Below are positions 8,963-20,024 of a DNA stretch of 46,198 nucleotides, in pieces. Origin of the DNA: Trichomonas gallinae. Its lineage: Eukaryota. The stretch is from contig MRSU01010500.1 of NCBI GenBank assembly GCA_008369845.1, forward strand, positions 1 to 46,198. The letters run 5' to 3'. The notes beneath the pieces are model-generated. The model worked only from the letters and a program-made list of their open reading frames with translations. It searched no databases and was not told the DNA's origin. A program made the position numbers and the translations under genes. Each line of letters starts with the position of its first letter. Within the stretch, counting starts at the first letter, position 1.

Positions 8963-11900
8963 TTATATGATAGAATTCTTTTTTGTCTGTGGCTTAGTGA
9001 TTCTTGGCTCATAGCGGCGAGCTGATGATATTCCGTTCACGCTCAAATCAATTTCTTCTGCCAGTTGTCTCGAAGACGAAGCATTCGATCTTGCTGATGC
9101 CTTAGACCTTGCTGACCCTTTGCTTGCCTTAGAGTTGCTGCTCCTGACCGAGCTCGTTTCATCAGCGTTGACTGCGCTGAGGTCCAAAGCGCCAATGTCA
9201 ATATGACGCGCTGAGTTTCTGCTCGATCTCGAGTTCGAACTTCTAGCGGAAGAAGCCCTGCTTGGAGTTCCAGATGACGGCGGCCTAACTGGCATCGACA
9301 CTCCATCAGCCGAGGAGTTTGATGAAGCAGACGACGTCCTGTGTCTGCGTGGATTTGTATTTGTTTTAACTTGAAGGCCGATACCTGTTAAATAGCTCTG
9401 AAGATGGGCCATGATTTCAGGATTGATATCTGCCAATCGCGATAATTCTTCGACGCAACTATCGGTGATCATCTTAGTGATCTTGTATTCTATGTTCATT
9501 TCTAGTAATGTTGATGGATATTTCGAGTCCAGGCTGATCTTTTCATTACGGCGATGCTCATCGCGGGCAATTTGCAGTGCTTGTGTTGCTCTTTGCAATT
9601 TTTCTGTTTCTTGTTGTTTTTCGTTTCTCTTTTTCTCCAATAACGCTGTCAGTCTTTCTATGTCAGTCTTCACAGCCATAGTCGAGGCTGATTTATCATC
9701 GTACGCGCGATTTGCGGCTGAGTGGACGTCTTTGCTCCTCAACAAATCCATTTTTCTCGCGTTGACTCTTTGCTGCAAAACTTTTCTCTGGTCTTCCAAT
9801 GCCTTCTTCCTCTCCACGTCTTCATCTGTGTCTCCAGCTGTTGTGAATCCACGCTTGAACTTGTCGTTGTTGTCGCTGAACTTCGCCATTGTCTTTTCGA
9901 GTGCTTTCAGTTCTTTTACTGCTGTTTTGATTTCTGCGTCGAGTTCGTCTCCTCTTCTTGATATTTCTCCCTTCTCTGTTGCGAATTTAATAACGTTTGC
10001 AGCTTGCGTTGGCTCCTCTCCGTCTTCCGTCTTATACGTGCCCATCATTATCTGGAATTTGTTTGCCATAACTTTCTCGCGTTTCTTTCTTTCAGCGAGT
10101 TCTGTTATTTGCTGATGTTTGGCTTCTTCCTCAGTTTTCAGTGTAACTCTCAGTGCTGCCAGGTGCTCATCTATCTCCAACAACCTCTCCTGCATTGATA
10201 ATTTCAGCTGCTCGCGGCGATTTTCAAGCGAAATGATTTCATCACTTTTTGCTGCCAGTTGTTCCGACATTTTCTCGACTTGCAGCCTCAGCATGTTTAT
10301 CTGGACCAGCAGCTGTGACTTCTGCGTCCTTGCTTTAGCCGCTGCTTTGTCTATTCCGTCTTGTTCGATCTCTATTTCGTTTAAATCGACTTCGAGTTTT
10401 TGTTTTTTCTCTGCAATCGAATCTTTTCGTCTTTGCGCTTGTCTAAAATCGAGATCCAGCCTTCTTATCTGTTCTGTCATGAATTTCTCGGCTTCAATCT
10501 TCTTGGCAAGCTCAGCTTCGAGCTTTTCGATTCGAGCTAAAAATATAACTTTTTCATCTTCAGGAGTGTCGCCTTGTATTCTGCCAATCTTCCTCTCCAT
10601 TTGCGCTATTTGGAAATTAGCGTTGTATTTGAGTTCTTCTTGCTTCATTGTCTCTCTATCTAAATCTGATATCTTTTTTTCAAGGCTTTTTGCGTAAGTT
10701 TTGCTGCCATCGACTTCAGACATGAGGCTTTTTTCTTTGTTCTTAGCTGTGAGAACTTCTTGGCCTAAATTATAAATATCTTTTTTAACTGCATCGATTT
10801 CTTTCTCTTTGTCTTTAATTGTTTGCTTAGCTTTATCTATGAAGTCGTAAACAAACTTTGTTTGTTCCGCAAGTTCATTTGTTGAATCTTTTTGCGTTGC
10901 AAGCGCGTTTTGCGTTAATTTCAAGCGCTCAAGGTATGCATTTTTCTTATCTAATTCGATCTGAATCTTTCTGTGCAATTCATCAATCTCAGATCTTACA
11001 AATCTTTCATTGCTTTCGCAAAGCTCTAAAGCGCCACGCTGAGTATCAACAACTTCTGTAAACTCCTTAAGAGCTCCATCTAAGACTTCAAACTGTTCGT
11101 GTTTCTTTGTAATTATTGAATCTCCAATTGTAATATTTCTTTCTAATGTTTTATTTGTCTTCAAATTCTTTTCAAGGTTTGCCTCTTCTTCTTTCTTTAG
11201 TTGTGAGATGCGTGAAACCTCATTCTTACGTTCATCATATTTCTTATTTTTGTTATCTATTGAATCGTTAAGTGTTTGTAGTTGTTTTAGTGTATTTTCC
11301 CATTGCTCTAGCAATTCAGCACGCTCATTATGCAGTGCTCTGAACTGCAAAGCTGTTGTATCTAATTCAATTTGTAATGCGCGTGTTACAGTAATTTCTT
11401 GATCTAATTCTGCTTTCTTTGCATCAACAAGGCCTTGGTTCTTTTCTATTATTTGAATCATCTGACGAATTTTACCTTCATCTTCTTTTTTGTATCTTTG
11501 AAGCACTAAAAAGTCTTCCTCTTTGTCTTTGGCTGCCTGAATCCACTGCTGTAGTTGTTCTTCGTTTGCTTGTAACTCGTTTTTGAACGTATCTAGTCTC
11601 TGTTGAGATTTGAATATTTTGGTTTGCACTTCGCTGAATTTTGCTTCAACAGCTTGTGTTTTTTCCTCTGTTTGAACTAAATAAGTCTGAATTTTTCCAT
11701 ATTCACGTTCAGTTAATGTTTGTAAATGTTTTTCATCGTTTGCTTGTGCTTCTTTTGCAGTAAGAAGTTCCTGGGTTGATGTAATTTCGACTTTGCAGTT
11801 CTTTAAGTGTGTAGTTAGAGTGTCAACGCGTTCCTGTAAGTCGTTACATTCTGCATTTAGCTTCAGAAGCTGTTCACGCTTCTCTTGAACGCGTTTATGC

Positions 11901-11965
11901 AGTTCCCTGTTCTCTTTGTTGGCAAATGTAGGCATCTGCTCGTATAAATTCACTTGCGCGTCCAT
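8963..11965 (-). CDS. CCDC39: CCDC39/FAP59 axonemal 96-nm ruler protein
   Basis: 1000 aa coiled coil. PTFANKENREL, HLKN, ALQIELDTTALQFRALHNERAELLEQWE, YNANFQIAQMERKIGRIQG and RRGDELDAEI...ELKALEKT match conserved CCDC39 blocks; Ser-rich tail. Confidence 0.85.
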   Translation of the reverse strand: MDAQVNLYEQMPTFANKENRELHKRVQEKREQLLKLNAECNDLQERVDTLTTHLKNCKVEITSTQELLTAKEAQANDEKHLQTLTEREYGKIQTYLVQTEEKTQAVEAKFSEVQTKIFKSQQRLDTFKNELQANEEQLQQWIQAAKDKEEDFLVLQRYKKEDEGKIRQMIQIIEKNQGLVDAKKAELDQEITVTRALQIELDTTALQFRALHNERAELLEQWENTLKQLQTLNDSIDNKNKKYDERKNEVSRISQLKKEEEANLEKNLKTNKTLERNITIGDSIITKKHEQFEVLDGALKEFTEVVDTQRGALELCESNERFVRSEIDELHRKIQIELDKKNAYLERLKLTQNALATQKDSTNELAEQTKFVYDFIDKAKQTIKDKEKEIDAVKKDIYNLGQEVLTAKNKEKSLMSEVDGSKTYAKSLEKKISDLDRETMKQEELKYNANFQIAQMERKIGRIQGDTPEDEKVIFLARIEKLEAELAKKIEAEKFMTEQIRRLDLDFRQAQRRKDSIAEKKQKLEVDLNEIEIEQDGIDKAAAKARTQKSQLLVQINMLRLQVEKMSEQLAAKSDEIISLENRREQLKLSMQERLLEIDEHLAALRVTLKTEEEAKHQQITELAERKKREKVMANKFQIMMGTYKTEDGEEPTQAANVIKFATEKGEISRRGDELDAEIKTAVKELKALEKTMAKFSDNNDKFKRGFTTAGDTDEDVERKKALEDQRKVLQQRVNARKMDLLRSKDVHSAANRAYDDKSASTMAVKTDIERLTALLEKKRNEKQQETEKLQRATQALQIARDEHRRNEKISLDSKYPSTLLEMNIEYKITKMITDSCVEELSRLADINPEIMAHLQSYLTGIGLQVKTNTNPRRHRTSSASSNSSADGVSMPVRPPSSGTPSRASSARSSNSRSSRNSARHIDIGALDLSAVNADETSSVRSSNSKASKGSARSKASARSNASSSRQLAEEIDLSVNGISSARRYEPRITKPQTKKNSII

Positions 11966-12846
11966 TAAAAAATTAAATCAAGATTTTATAGAGAATAAAA
12001 GTGACAAAAATCGTTGCTAAAATTTTTTTTACAACTATAATAAAAAAACTAGTTTTTGCTTTGATAAAACTAAATACAAGCTTGTTGTTGGCAAAAATAC
12101 TAATATATCATGTTTATTCACGAAAATATTTAATTTTCAAAAAGAATATTTTATATTCTTGTTCTGTTGTACCTTTAATAAATTTCACGGTACAAATTTA
12201 TTTGTTTTGATGTAGTAATTATAATATTATCTCTACTATTGATACATTCTTATATTTTAGTAAATTTTTATAAAATAAAGCTAAACGTAATATTTATTAA
12301 TTATAGCATGTTTTGAGTCAATACTGATAATGTGCCGAAAAGATCTTCAGGTTGTATCTGCAATTCCCACCAAATTCGTCAATGATAAAAATTGTAATAG
12401 ATTTTAGTGTATTATTTTGATTCAAAGCTGCTAATATTCTCGATTTTTGCATCTCAAGATTGTCAAAACAATTATGCGTCCATCATTATTTAATAATTCA
12501 AAAAATCAAAAAGAAACAGCCAATAATTGAGTGTGTCAATCATAATATCTATTACCCAATTCCTTAGTTATATATAGTTTTTCAATTTGTTTTTCCTAAT
12601 AACAAGCATTTCATTAGATATCGAATGTGTCCATAAAATGATGCATGAATTAAAGCTGTGCGAGTACAACTTTTCGTTATTTATTAGTTTTGCATTGATT
12701 TGCATCAATATACTTTCATTTTTACTCATAATTTTCAATAATTTTTAATCATACCAACAAATTTAATAAAAATCGGTTGTAAATGGGCAAAAATATGATT
12801 ATTCTTGTGTTTATACTGTTTGCAAATAGTTTTAGCGTCATATTTA

Positions 12847-15243
12847 ATGGAGCAGCAGGAAATCAATTCACTTGATTCTGTGCCAAGGATATTTTTTGAT
12901 TCTGCGACTCCAGAAGAGTGTGTTATGTCGATTTTATCTGATCTTCCTCCGATTTTCGATGAAAAATTCGCTGATTCATTGAATGCTCAAATAAAAATCG
13001 CAGAAAGCTCAATTGGAATTGTATCAGAAGAGCTCTCTAAACGTGTGTTTGCATCTCAAGATGCAATTTTCGATGCAACTTCGCGATTTATTAATTTACA
13101 AGATCAAGTTGAAAATTCTACACGATATATATCATCCATACGACAAGAAATCACATCAATACGCGAAAATACACTTGATCCAATGATAAATATCTACACT
13201 CACATTAGAAATCTTAAAAGATATTCAAAAATCAATCAAGTTGTTCATTTTTGCAAATGTTTACTATTACTAGATGAAATATTACATTCCAGACAATTCA
13301 TTAATGCTTCTTATAACTACGAATGCATAAATAATATTTTGAACAATGATGAACTTTGTTATAATCGTGATATATACGAAAAATTTTATGCAATATCATT
13401 TCCTGAATTCCCAGAGGATGCGATTGGAGACTCAAATCCAGTGACAATCGGTGAACTTAAAAAATTAGAATGCACACAAGAAATTATCGACTCAATACAG
13501 CAATTTCCATCTACGCTTGAGAGCATTCTATCTAAAGAGCTGCAAGAAATCTCAGAAACATTCGATGAAGTCAAATATTCAGAAGTTATTGCGTCATATT
13601 TATTTATCAGCGATTCTCCGCCAATTGCGAAGAGTCTAGTCAATATTTACACTTCACTCCTCCATGATAGAGCATATGCTTATTTTGAAGCTTCCAGCAA
13701 TGATATTGACACATTATTCAGATTCATGGAAACAAACTGCTCGCTTTTGAAGAAATTCCAAACATTTACGCAATTTCATACAGATAATCCTCATATTTCC
13801 GACATTATTGACAAAATTGCTCCAGATTATGTTATTCCAAAAATTGATGGCGAAAGATTCGACAAAATCCTAGAATCAATAGCATCAGGATTCCATGACA
13901 ACTTCAAACAATTCTGCACAGCAGCTGAATCTTCAGTTCTTCAATTTTTGAGTCGAATAAATGTAAAATCACTCGACGCATTATCATTCATCAAGCTCGC
14001 TCGCGGCCTGAGAGAGTTTATTACAATCTTGTCATGCGGTGGAATAGAAGACTGGCTGCAGATGACATCCGCTGAATACATGCAGAGATATACTGGAGCC
14101 TGCATAAATTCAGCGCGTTCGTCTATTATGGCGGATTCTTGGGTTCCTGTACCTATTGATTCCGAGTTTTTGCAGCACATAAAGACTGTCCCGTGCGATG
14201 AGAATGTCTTCGACTTCCCTACTGACGAGGACCCAACTAAACGCTACACTTGCTCGTCCGCAATTCAAACAGTGAGAATTATGCATTCGTTAGTTTGTCT
14301 TTCTGTCGAACTTAACAAAAAAGAGTGCGCAATTCTTATAGTAAATGTAGCAGCGACATATATTGCTGGCATCATTAACACGTTCTGTTCACCCTTCCCG
14401 ATGCTTGTCATGCAGGATGGGCAGGTCTCGTTTTCGCCGAAATTAACAAGAAATTTTGATGCTGAGTTTGTCAAAAACTTGAAATTGATGCTTAAATCTT
14501 TAGGTCACGTTTCTCTGCCAGACCAACGTCAAATCGAGAGCCCAGAATCCCATCTGATGCAGATGATTGTCGGCACTGAAGGCTTAAAGCTCATCTCGTG
14601 GTACGTGAAAGGCCTCAAAGATTATCTGATGGAAGCTGAAAACGAAAAAGTTCCAAGATTCTACGAAATCGCAATCGGACAAATCTTGAAGCAGTGCAGG
14701 CCAAATATTTCCGCTTTTTGTGCTAGAGTTTATTTCCCTCTCAAGCAGCTCAAATACCAGATCATTGCCTGCGACTGGTGTGTTAATGAAATCACGATTG
14801 AATATCATGGATTTATTTCAATTCTCAAAAAATCTCTTGATAATTTATCTAAAACTTTGTCGTCATTCCAACTGCCTCGAGATGTCTCCGATGATATATG
14901 GAGAGGAACGTGGATGAGAATCTGCAATTTGCTTATCCACGCGTTTGGATCAGTTAGGACATGCAATTCTAACGGAAGATCACTAATGATAGGCGACACA
15001 AGAGCTGCAGCGACGATTTTCACTTCTTTGACAAAAGTTACTGACATTGGTTATGTGCAAGTCATGGATTACATCAATGCCTTCTTCTTCAGTCCCACTG
15101 AATTTGCAAACTGGCTTGAGGGAGCTACTCAACGCTACAAGCAGTCCTATTTAATCAACTTGATTAGAACCGGCCTCAGCTGCAAACTTACGCAAAAAGA
15201 TATCAAAGAATTCATTGCAAAGCTTGAACAGAGTCCAAAATAA
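12847..15243 (+). CDS. VPS50: VPS50/syndetin (EARP complex subunit), 798 aa
   Basis: Vps54_N-like N-terminal coiled region, DSWVPVP, and C-terminal LIHAFGSVRTCNSNGRSLMIGD resembling syndetin [20 protein letters not shown]. Start moved to ATG 12847 (TCATA upstream). Confidence 0.8.
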   Translation: MEQQEINSLDSVPRIFFDSATPEECVMSILSDLPPIFDEKFADSLNAQIKIAESSIGIVSEELSKRVFASQDAIFDATSRFINLQDQVENSTRYISSIRQEITSIRENTLDPMINIYTHIRNLKRYSKINQVVHFCKCLLLLDEILHSRQFINASYNYECINNILNNDELCYNRDIYEKFYAISFPEFPEDAIGDSNPVTIGELKKLECTQEIIDSIQQFPSTLESILSKELQEISETFDEVKYSEVIASYLFISDSPPIAKSLVNIYTSLLHDRAYAYFEASSNDIDTLFRFMETNCSLLKKFQTFTQFHTDNPHISDIIDKIAPDYVIPKIDGERFDKILESIASGFHDNFKQFCTAAESSVLQFLSRINVKSLDALSFIKLARGLREFITILSCGGIEDWLQMTSAEYMQRYTGACINSARSSIMADSWVPVPIDSEFLQHIKTVPCDENVFDFPTDEDPTKRYTCSSAIQTVRIMHSLVCLSVELNKKECAILIVNVAATYIAGIINTFCSPFPMLVMQDGQVSFSPKLTRNFDAEFVKNLKLMLKSLGHVSLPDQRQIESPESHLMQMIVGTEGLKLISWYVKGLKDYLMEAENEKVPRFYEIAIGQILKQCRPNISAFCARVYFPLKQLKYQIIACDWCVNEITIEYHGFISILKKSLDNLSKTLSSFQLPRDVSDDIWRGTWMRICNLLIHAFGSVRTCNSNGRSLMIGDTRAAATIFTSLTKVTDIGYVQVMDYINAFFFSPTEFANWLEGATQRYKQSYLINLIRTGLSCKLTQKDIKEFIAKLEQSPK

Positions 15244-15582
15244 TTCATATTAAATTTGTTTTTGTTTAGTAAATATTATCATTATAAACCAAATTTTTCC
15301 CACATATAGATATATATACACTAATATATACTTTGTCTGATTAAGTTCGAAAATTGAAGCATGAATTAATGCTGTTTTGATGAATTTTTTTTTATGCAAA
15401 TAATTTTATGATACAAAACATCACGGATTTGATTGATGAGTCAAAATTTGTCTTCAGAAAGCTTGTGGATTATCATCACATTCAAATATGCAAAATATTT
15501 ATCATATTTTGAAATCATGCATCAATATAAAATTATTTGTGAATTAAAAAAAAGAGATAGAATTATATATAGCATTGCATGA

Positions 15583-17496
15583 TTATATACAAGTGTTTAG
15601 TGTGATTTGTAGAGGATGTGGATTCCCATATCTTTCTGTTTTGTTGCTTTTTTCGACTTCGAAAAGAAATCCATCTTCATCGGCCGCTTGCTTCTTTAAC
15701 ATGAAGAATTTTGCGTGTCGCAGTTTGTGCATGGACAAGAGATAATCCAGATCCATGCTTGGCCATGAAAACTTGACTCCACTAGACTTTTGCTTCTCGA
15801 TCAGTAGATCCAGGAAAGTAACATAATTCGTTGCAGATGATGGAAAGAAACCATCGAATATTACTGTTTTTAAGGACGAAATATTAATCAAATACTTCAG
15901 ATGAGAAACCCCAATATCACCTGAATGGGAATTAGAGATGTCCAAGTATTCTACTTTTGAGTTTATCTGAAGAGCAGTCAAAAGAGGCGATAAAAATTTG
16001 CCAACGAATCGTACTGAATTTCCGCTCAATGAGAGCTTCGTAATATTCGTTGCTTCAGATATATAGTTTGAGAATGCAGTGATGACCTCGGGCTCATTCT
16101 CACTGAAGCAGTTGTTGAAAGAAAGCGAGCTTAATTTTTTGTTTTTCTTCAAAAATTGAAACAGCAAAACATTCGTAGGATTGCTGTCCCAAATTAACTC
16201 TGTGAGTTTTGTTAATCCAAGCTTTCCTAATCCCATGAATAAAGATATCCAGTCCTCTATTTGAGCGTTAGCATGAGAAATATCTAACTCAATCCTCTTC
16301 TTGATATTTTTGGAAAGAAAATTCATGAAACCTGTTAATGAATTTTCCTCCCATGTAATATATTGTAATTTCATAGAATATATTGTGTGACTCAATGAAG
16401 ACAATGATGATATATTAGACGAGCATTTGTTGTTACTAAGATCTATAGAAACAATCGGAAATCGTTCTATATTCTTCAAAACATCGCAAATGTCTAAGTT
16501 GCAATTAGTCAAAACAATATTCGTTAACATCTTAAATGGTGCGAAAAAATCTGATAATGGAATATGTAGTTCGCCTGTCACACATATAGTTTTAAGCTTT
16601 TCTGTAATGGTTGGAGTAAAGATTGTAGTAATAAAATCGTTAATATTTTCTTTAGTGAATGAATTAGAAAAAGTTAAAGCTGGAGTCTTTTTTGCTGTTA
16701 AAAATGACGCTATGTCACTTAGATCTGATTGTGTGAACTTAGACCCAGTGAGTATTAGATTTGTCATGAAATTTGATGAACTTATTTCGAAATTATGTGC
16801 AAATTTTTTAAATTTAGGATTTAATGGTGCTTCTATTGCCATTCTCGTTATTGTCGTATTTTTTCCAATAAAATCAGCGAAATACTGGTAAATGTCGAAA
16901 TCTTCAAATGATGGAATAATTAAAGTATTAATAAACGGTGCAATTGATAATGTATTGAGTACTGCAGGTATTGCTTCTTTATTGTTGATAAGCTTATTGA
17001 AGTTTAATGTGCTTTTTCTGAATAAAATCAAATCATTAATAATTTCAATAACGGAATCAGGAGTAATTTTACTATATGCTTCTAATTTATTTGTAAGTCG
17101 ACTGATTATTGACGCGTGAGATGGTTTTGATGAATAATTTTCAAACGGAATCATTCCTTTAGCTTGAAGCTCATCATCTGACAGCATAGCACGAACGCAC
17201 TGCACAATATCACTACCAATCTTGGTGGCTTCTGGTGAATCAAACGAAACAGATGATGCACCAAATTTAAGGAAAAGACTTTTTGACTTAAATTTGGCAC
17301 CAGTCATATCATTCCATGAAAACCTATATATTGGATTGCATTGATTCGAATAAACTAGGAACTTTCCCGTAGTTGTAACAATAAATCTTTCTGTCTGTTC
17401 GTTTTTTTCGGCTGGTTCCTTGACAGGATGGATACTTATCGGTGTAATCTGCTGGCTCTTTAGTTTCTCACGTAGCTTCTCGATAAGTGAATCCAT
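15583..17496 (-). CDS. Leucine-rich repeat protein (RNI-type; PH-like N-terminus, CARMIL-like architecture), 637 aa
   Basis: Repeated LxxLxLSxN motifs (SIDLSNN, KLSLSGN, YLDISNSHSGDIG); N-terminal ERFIVTTTGKFLVY. Start moved to ATG 17496. Confidence 0.75.
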   Translation of the reverse strand: MDSLIEKLREKLKSQQITPISIHPVKEPAEKNEQTERFIVTTTGKFLVYSNQCNPIYRFSWNDMTGAKFKSKSLFLKFGASSVSFDSPEATKIGSDIVQCVRAMLSDDELQAKGMIPFENYSSKPSHASIISRLTNKLEAYSKITPDSVIEIINDLILFRKSTLNFNKLINNKEAIPAVLNTLSIAPFINTLIIPSFEDFDIYQYFADFIGKNTTITRMAIEAPLNPKFKKFAHNFEISSSNFMTNLILTGSKFTQSDLSDIASFLTAKKTPALTFSNSFTKENINDFITTIFTPTITEKLKTICVTGELHIPLSDFFAPFKMLTNIVLTNCNLDICDVLKNIERFPIVSIDLSNNKCSSNISSLSSLSHTIYSMKLQYITWEENSLTGFMNFLSKNIKKRIELDISHANAQIEDWISLFMGLGKLGLTKLTELIWDSNPTNVLLFQFLKKNKKLSSLSFNNCFSENEPEVITAFSNYISEATNITKLSLSGNSVRFVGKFLSPLLTALQINSKVEYLDISNSHSGDIGVSHLKYLINISSLKTVIFDGFFPSSATNYVTFLDLLIEKQKSSGVKFSWPSMDLDYLLSMHKLRHAKFFMLKKQAADEDGFLFEVEKSNKTERYGNPHPLQITLNTCI

Positions 17497-17891
17497 CAAA
17501 AAAAAAAAAGAAAATGAAAAATTATTTACATTGGTCATCTTTATACCAAAAATCCTCTTATTTAATGGCTATTTATCATCAAATATTTACTCAAAATGCA
17601 ATCAAATTGACTATTTTTTGTTGCATTTTGCAAAAATATAATATTCCTTTAAGTCCCTCATGCATTGATGGTATTAATGATCTTTCAACTTCTAATTTTA
17701 AATTTCAAAATTAATAAAAATACTTCCTTCTGCAAGAAGGTTGCGAGATAATTTGGTAATAAAATAAAGATGTTTTAATCAAACAAACGTGTTATATGTT
17801 GTGGATGTAGATTGATAACGGCAATGCTTGGCTAAAAATATGAAAAACAGTGCTACTATTGGACAATTAATGCAAAGAATTTGTAGCATAA

Positions 17892-18167
17892 TTATCCATA
17901 CTGTTCGCCCATTGAATATAAAATATCGAACTCTTTTCTGTCTTCAGGGAGGTGGTCAACGATATCTCCAACTGTCCAGTCTGGGTAGACGGCGAAGTTG
18001 TTAAAATAAAGGTGAATTGAATCATTCGGTGAACATTTCAATTTTTTTCTAATAATATCAATAATTTTAGAGAAGCTATTGGTCCTCGATCCTTGAAATG
18101 TTGTCTGAGCGATTTGCTGGATGTCAGAGCAAGCTTTTAAGTGAATAGTAAACTTTTCACTTGACAT
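17892..18167 (-). CDS. ATG12: Autophagy ubiquitin-like protein ATG12
   Basis: 91 aa. IHLKACSDIQQI, IIDIIRKKLK, IHLYFNNFAVYPDWTVGDI and ILYSMGEQYG align with human [42 protein letters not shown] and LHYCKSQAWG. It lacks the ATG8 N-terminal helices. Confidence 0.85.
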   Translation of the reverse strand: MSSEKFTIHLKACSDIQQIAQTTFQGSRTNSFSKIIDIIRKKLKCSPNDSIHLYFNNFAVYPDWTVGDIVDHLPEDRKEFDILYSMGEQYG

Positions 18168-18190
18168 TTATATATATGACAAACTTAGGA

Positions 18191-18310
18191 AAATGTCATT
18201 TACGATTTACATGTCATTTATTTCATAAAGTATGTCAGTTATTATTTACGTGTCAAATATTTTTTTCAATAATGACATTTACAATTTACGTGTCATATTT
18301 TATTTCAAAA
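18191..18310 (+). repeat. Degenerate ~40-bp tandem repeat x3 in the ATG12 promoter
   Basis: Unit ATGWCA-N~8-TTTACRTGTCA-AT-rich. TTACRTGTCA occurs at 18207, 18246 and 18286. Confidence 0.65.
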
Positions 18311-18545
18311 ACTAATTCCGTTATATACAACTTCATTCAAGTAGCATCGATTAGCACAGCCTTTCTAATAGTATTTTGATCAATATTTGGGCTAGATATT
18401 TCTGAAATTGGGAATTGATCAATAATTTGGTAATTTCGCATGAAAATATTAATTTTTTAGACTGATAATAAGCTTTTATTTGCTCAAGAAAAATACTTGT
18501 ATATTATTTATAAAACATTTGTTTAGGAAGGGAAAATTATATAAT

Positions 18546-20024
18546 TTAATTCCCAATGCAGTGAATACCATCAAAAACAAATACTGGATCGCATGTAAGT
18601 TGCTGATGGATAATTGCTTTTGTCAATTCTTGAGCAGCAAACGCGGAAATTGTTGCGATGAAAGAAGGAATTCCTTTACCATGGAATCTAAGCATGTGTT
18701 CTAAAATTTGCTTTGTGCTTGCGTTTTCTGGGATTCCAAGTTCTTTGCTTATATTTATTATAGCTTCTAAATCGTTTTCTGTAGGATTTCTCTTGTTTGC
18801 TGCGAAGAAAGCACGTGTTGCGATAAAAGCGTTGCGTGTTGCAATGGCATCTGCTTGATTATCCATGAATAGCAAATAGTCGGCATCTGTAGCAATCATA
18901 TTAATCGATTCTTTGATTGGTGGATACAATTTTCCGGAAATTGTATAAATATTCTTAGCAAATCTGCGTTTAAAATCTTCTGGTATATCTCCAAAATCGG
19001 CAAAAACTTCTTGCCAGTCTTCTTCTGATTTCTTCTTGTAAATCTCTTTGACTTTTTTATATTCCTCTGTTGTTGTGTCGATATCAGGTGTAACTCCGTC
19101 ATGTGGGATAGAGCCATGTTTCTCGTAGAATGCACGTACTGCACGAACAAGGCGCCAAAATGGTTCGCTTTCAGGGAATTGGTCTGCAATTTCAAAAGCC
19201 TGACGAGTAGCAGGAGGAATACCGTCTTTAATTGCTTGCATAGCATTCTCCAAGGCTTCTGTAATGCCTGGTTCTGCATCTTCTTGTCTTTCCATTTTAC
19301 GGATAATATCTACGAGTTTTTCTTTGTCTCCGTATGTGAGAGAATCCTTCTGCAGCTCCTTCAGCAATATTTGGCGTGCATGGTATAAATAAACAATGAA
19401 TGGTACCATTGCGTGTTTATCATCAGGTAAATTATCAAGATCGAAGCTTTCGAAGTAGCTTTTGAGGGCAGGGAATGGTTTTTCAATCCTAAAATCTGTC
19501 CATGTCTTTGTAGCTTGAAAGCCTCCTTCGAATGAATAATGATTTCCAGCATCTAAATAAAATGCACCTAAAAGTCCGGATATTTGTATATGCATTTGTC
19601 TGCAATGATGTTCTCTAACAAAATCAGAGAGTTTTGTAAGAAATTCTGGAGTTTGATTATCATATGATATAATAAATGCATTTTCATTAACTAATTCGTG
19701 ATTAATAGATTCTAAATCATTCGGAGATTTATGAACTGTTATGATTTGTGGATCTGGATTAATTTCATTTATATTTCTAGCGATTTCATCGGCTCTTGGT
19801 TTACCCAAACTTTCTTGTTCGATGTAAAAATTCTCTTGTAAGTCTTTTTCTGTGACTAATGCATCATCAATGATTAAAATTTTTCCAACAGCATGAAGCG
19901 CCATGTTTTTCAGTAATTCTGCAGCTATTGATCCTGATCCTAATGAAACGATAACAGCTTGGTTGATAGCTTCTTGGCCAGTTATGCCCCATAACCTGAT
20001 TTGTCTGTCGTATTTATCCTGCAT
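18546..20024 (-). CDS. NAE1: NEDD8-activating enzyme E1 regulatory subunit (APP-BP1/ULA1), 492 aa
   Basis: KYDRQIRLWGITGQ, ELLKNMAL, DFRIEKPFPAL, HAMVPF and AAQELTKAIIHQ. Start moved to ATG 20024. Confidence 0.9.
   Translation of the reverse strand: MQDKYDRQIRLWGITGQEAINQAVIVSLGSGSIAAELLKNMALHAVGKILIIDDALVTEKDLQENFYIEQESLGKPRADEIARNINEINPDPQIITVHKSPNDLESINHELVNENAFIISYDNQTPEFLTKLSDFVREHHCRQMHIQISGLLGAFYLDAGNHYSFEGGFQATKTWTDFRIEKPFPALKSYFESFDLDNLPDDKHAMVPFIVYLYHARQILLKELQKDSLTYGDKEKLVDIIRKMERQEDAEPGITEALENAMQAIKDGIPPATRQAFEIADQFPESEPFWRLVRAVRAFYEKHGSIPHDGVTPDIDTTTEEYKKVKEIYKKKSEEDWQEVFADFGDIPEDFKRRFAKNIYTISGKLYPPIKESINMIATDADYLLFMDNQADAIATRNAFIATRAFFAANKRNPTENDLEAIINISKELGIPENASTKQILEHMLRFHGKGIPSFIATISAFAAQELTKAIIHQQLTCDPVFVFDGIHCIGN

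Noticed and set aside
9411..11402. Long antisense ORFs over CCDC39 (234 aa, 192 aa and others)
   Set aside because: Ser/Phe/Leu-rich mirrors of Glu/Lys codons; typical antisense shadows.
12001..12210. Short AT-rich intergenic ORFs (also 17420, 18161, 27551, 34025, 35673)
   Set aside because: Mostly non-ATG starts, composition of promoter DNA, no recognisable motifs.
17892..20024. ATG12 next to an E1 subunit as a dedicated conjugation cluster
   Set aside because: The E1-like gene is the non-catalytic NAE1 of the NEDD8 pathway, not ATG7. Each gene has its own promoter region, so adjacency is probably coincidental.
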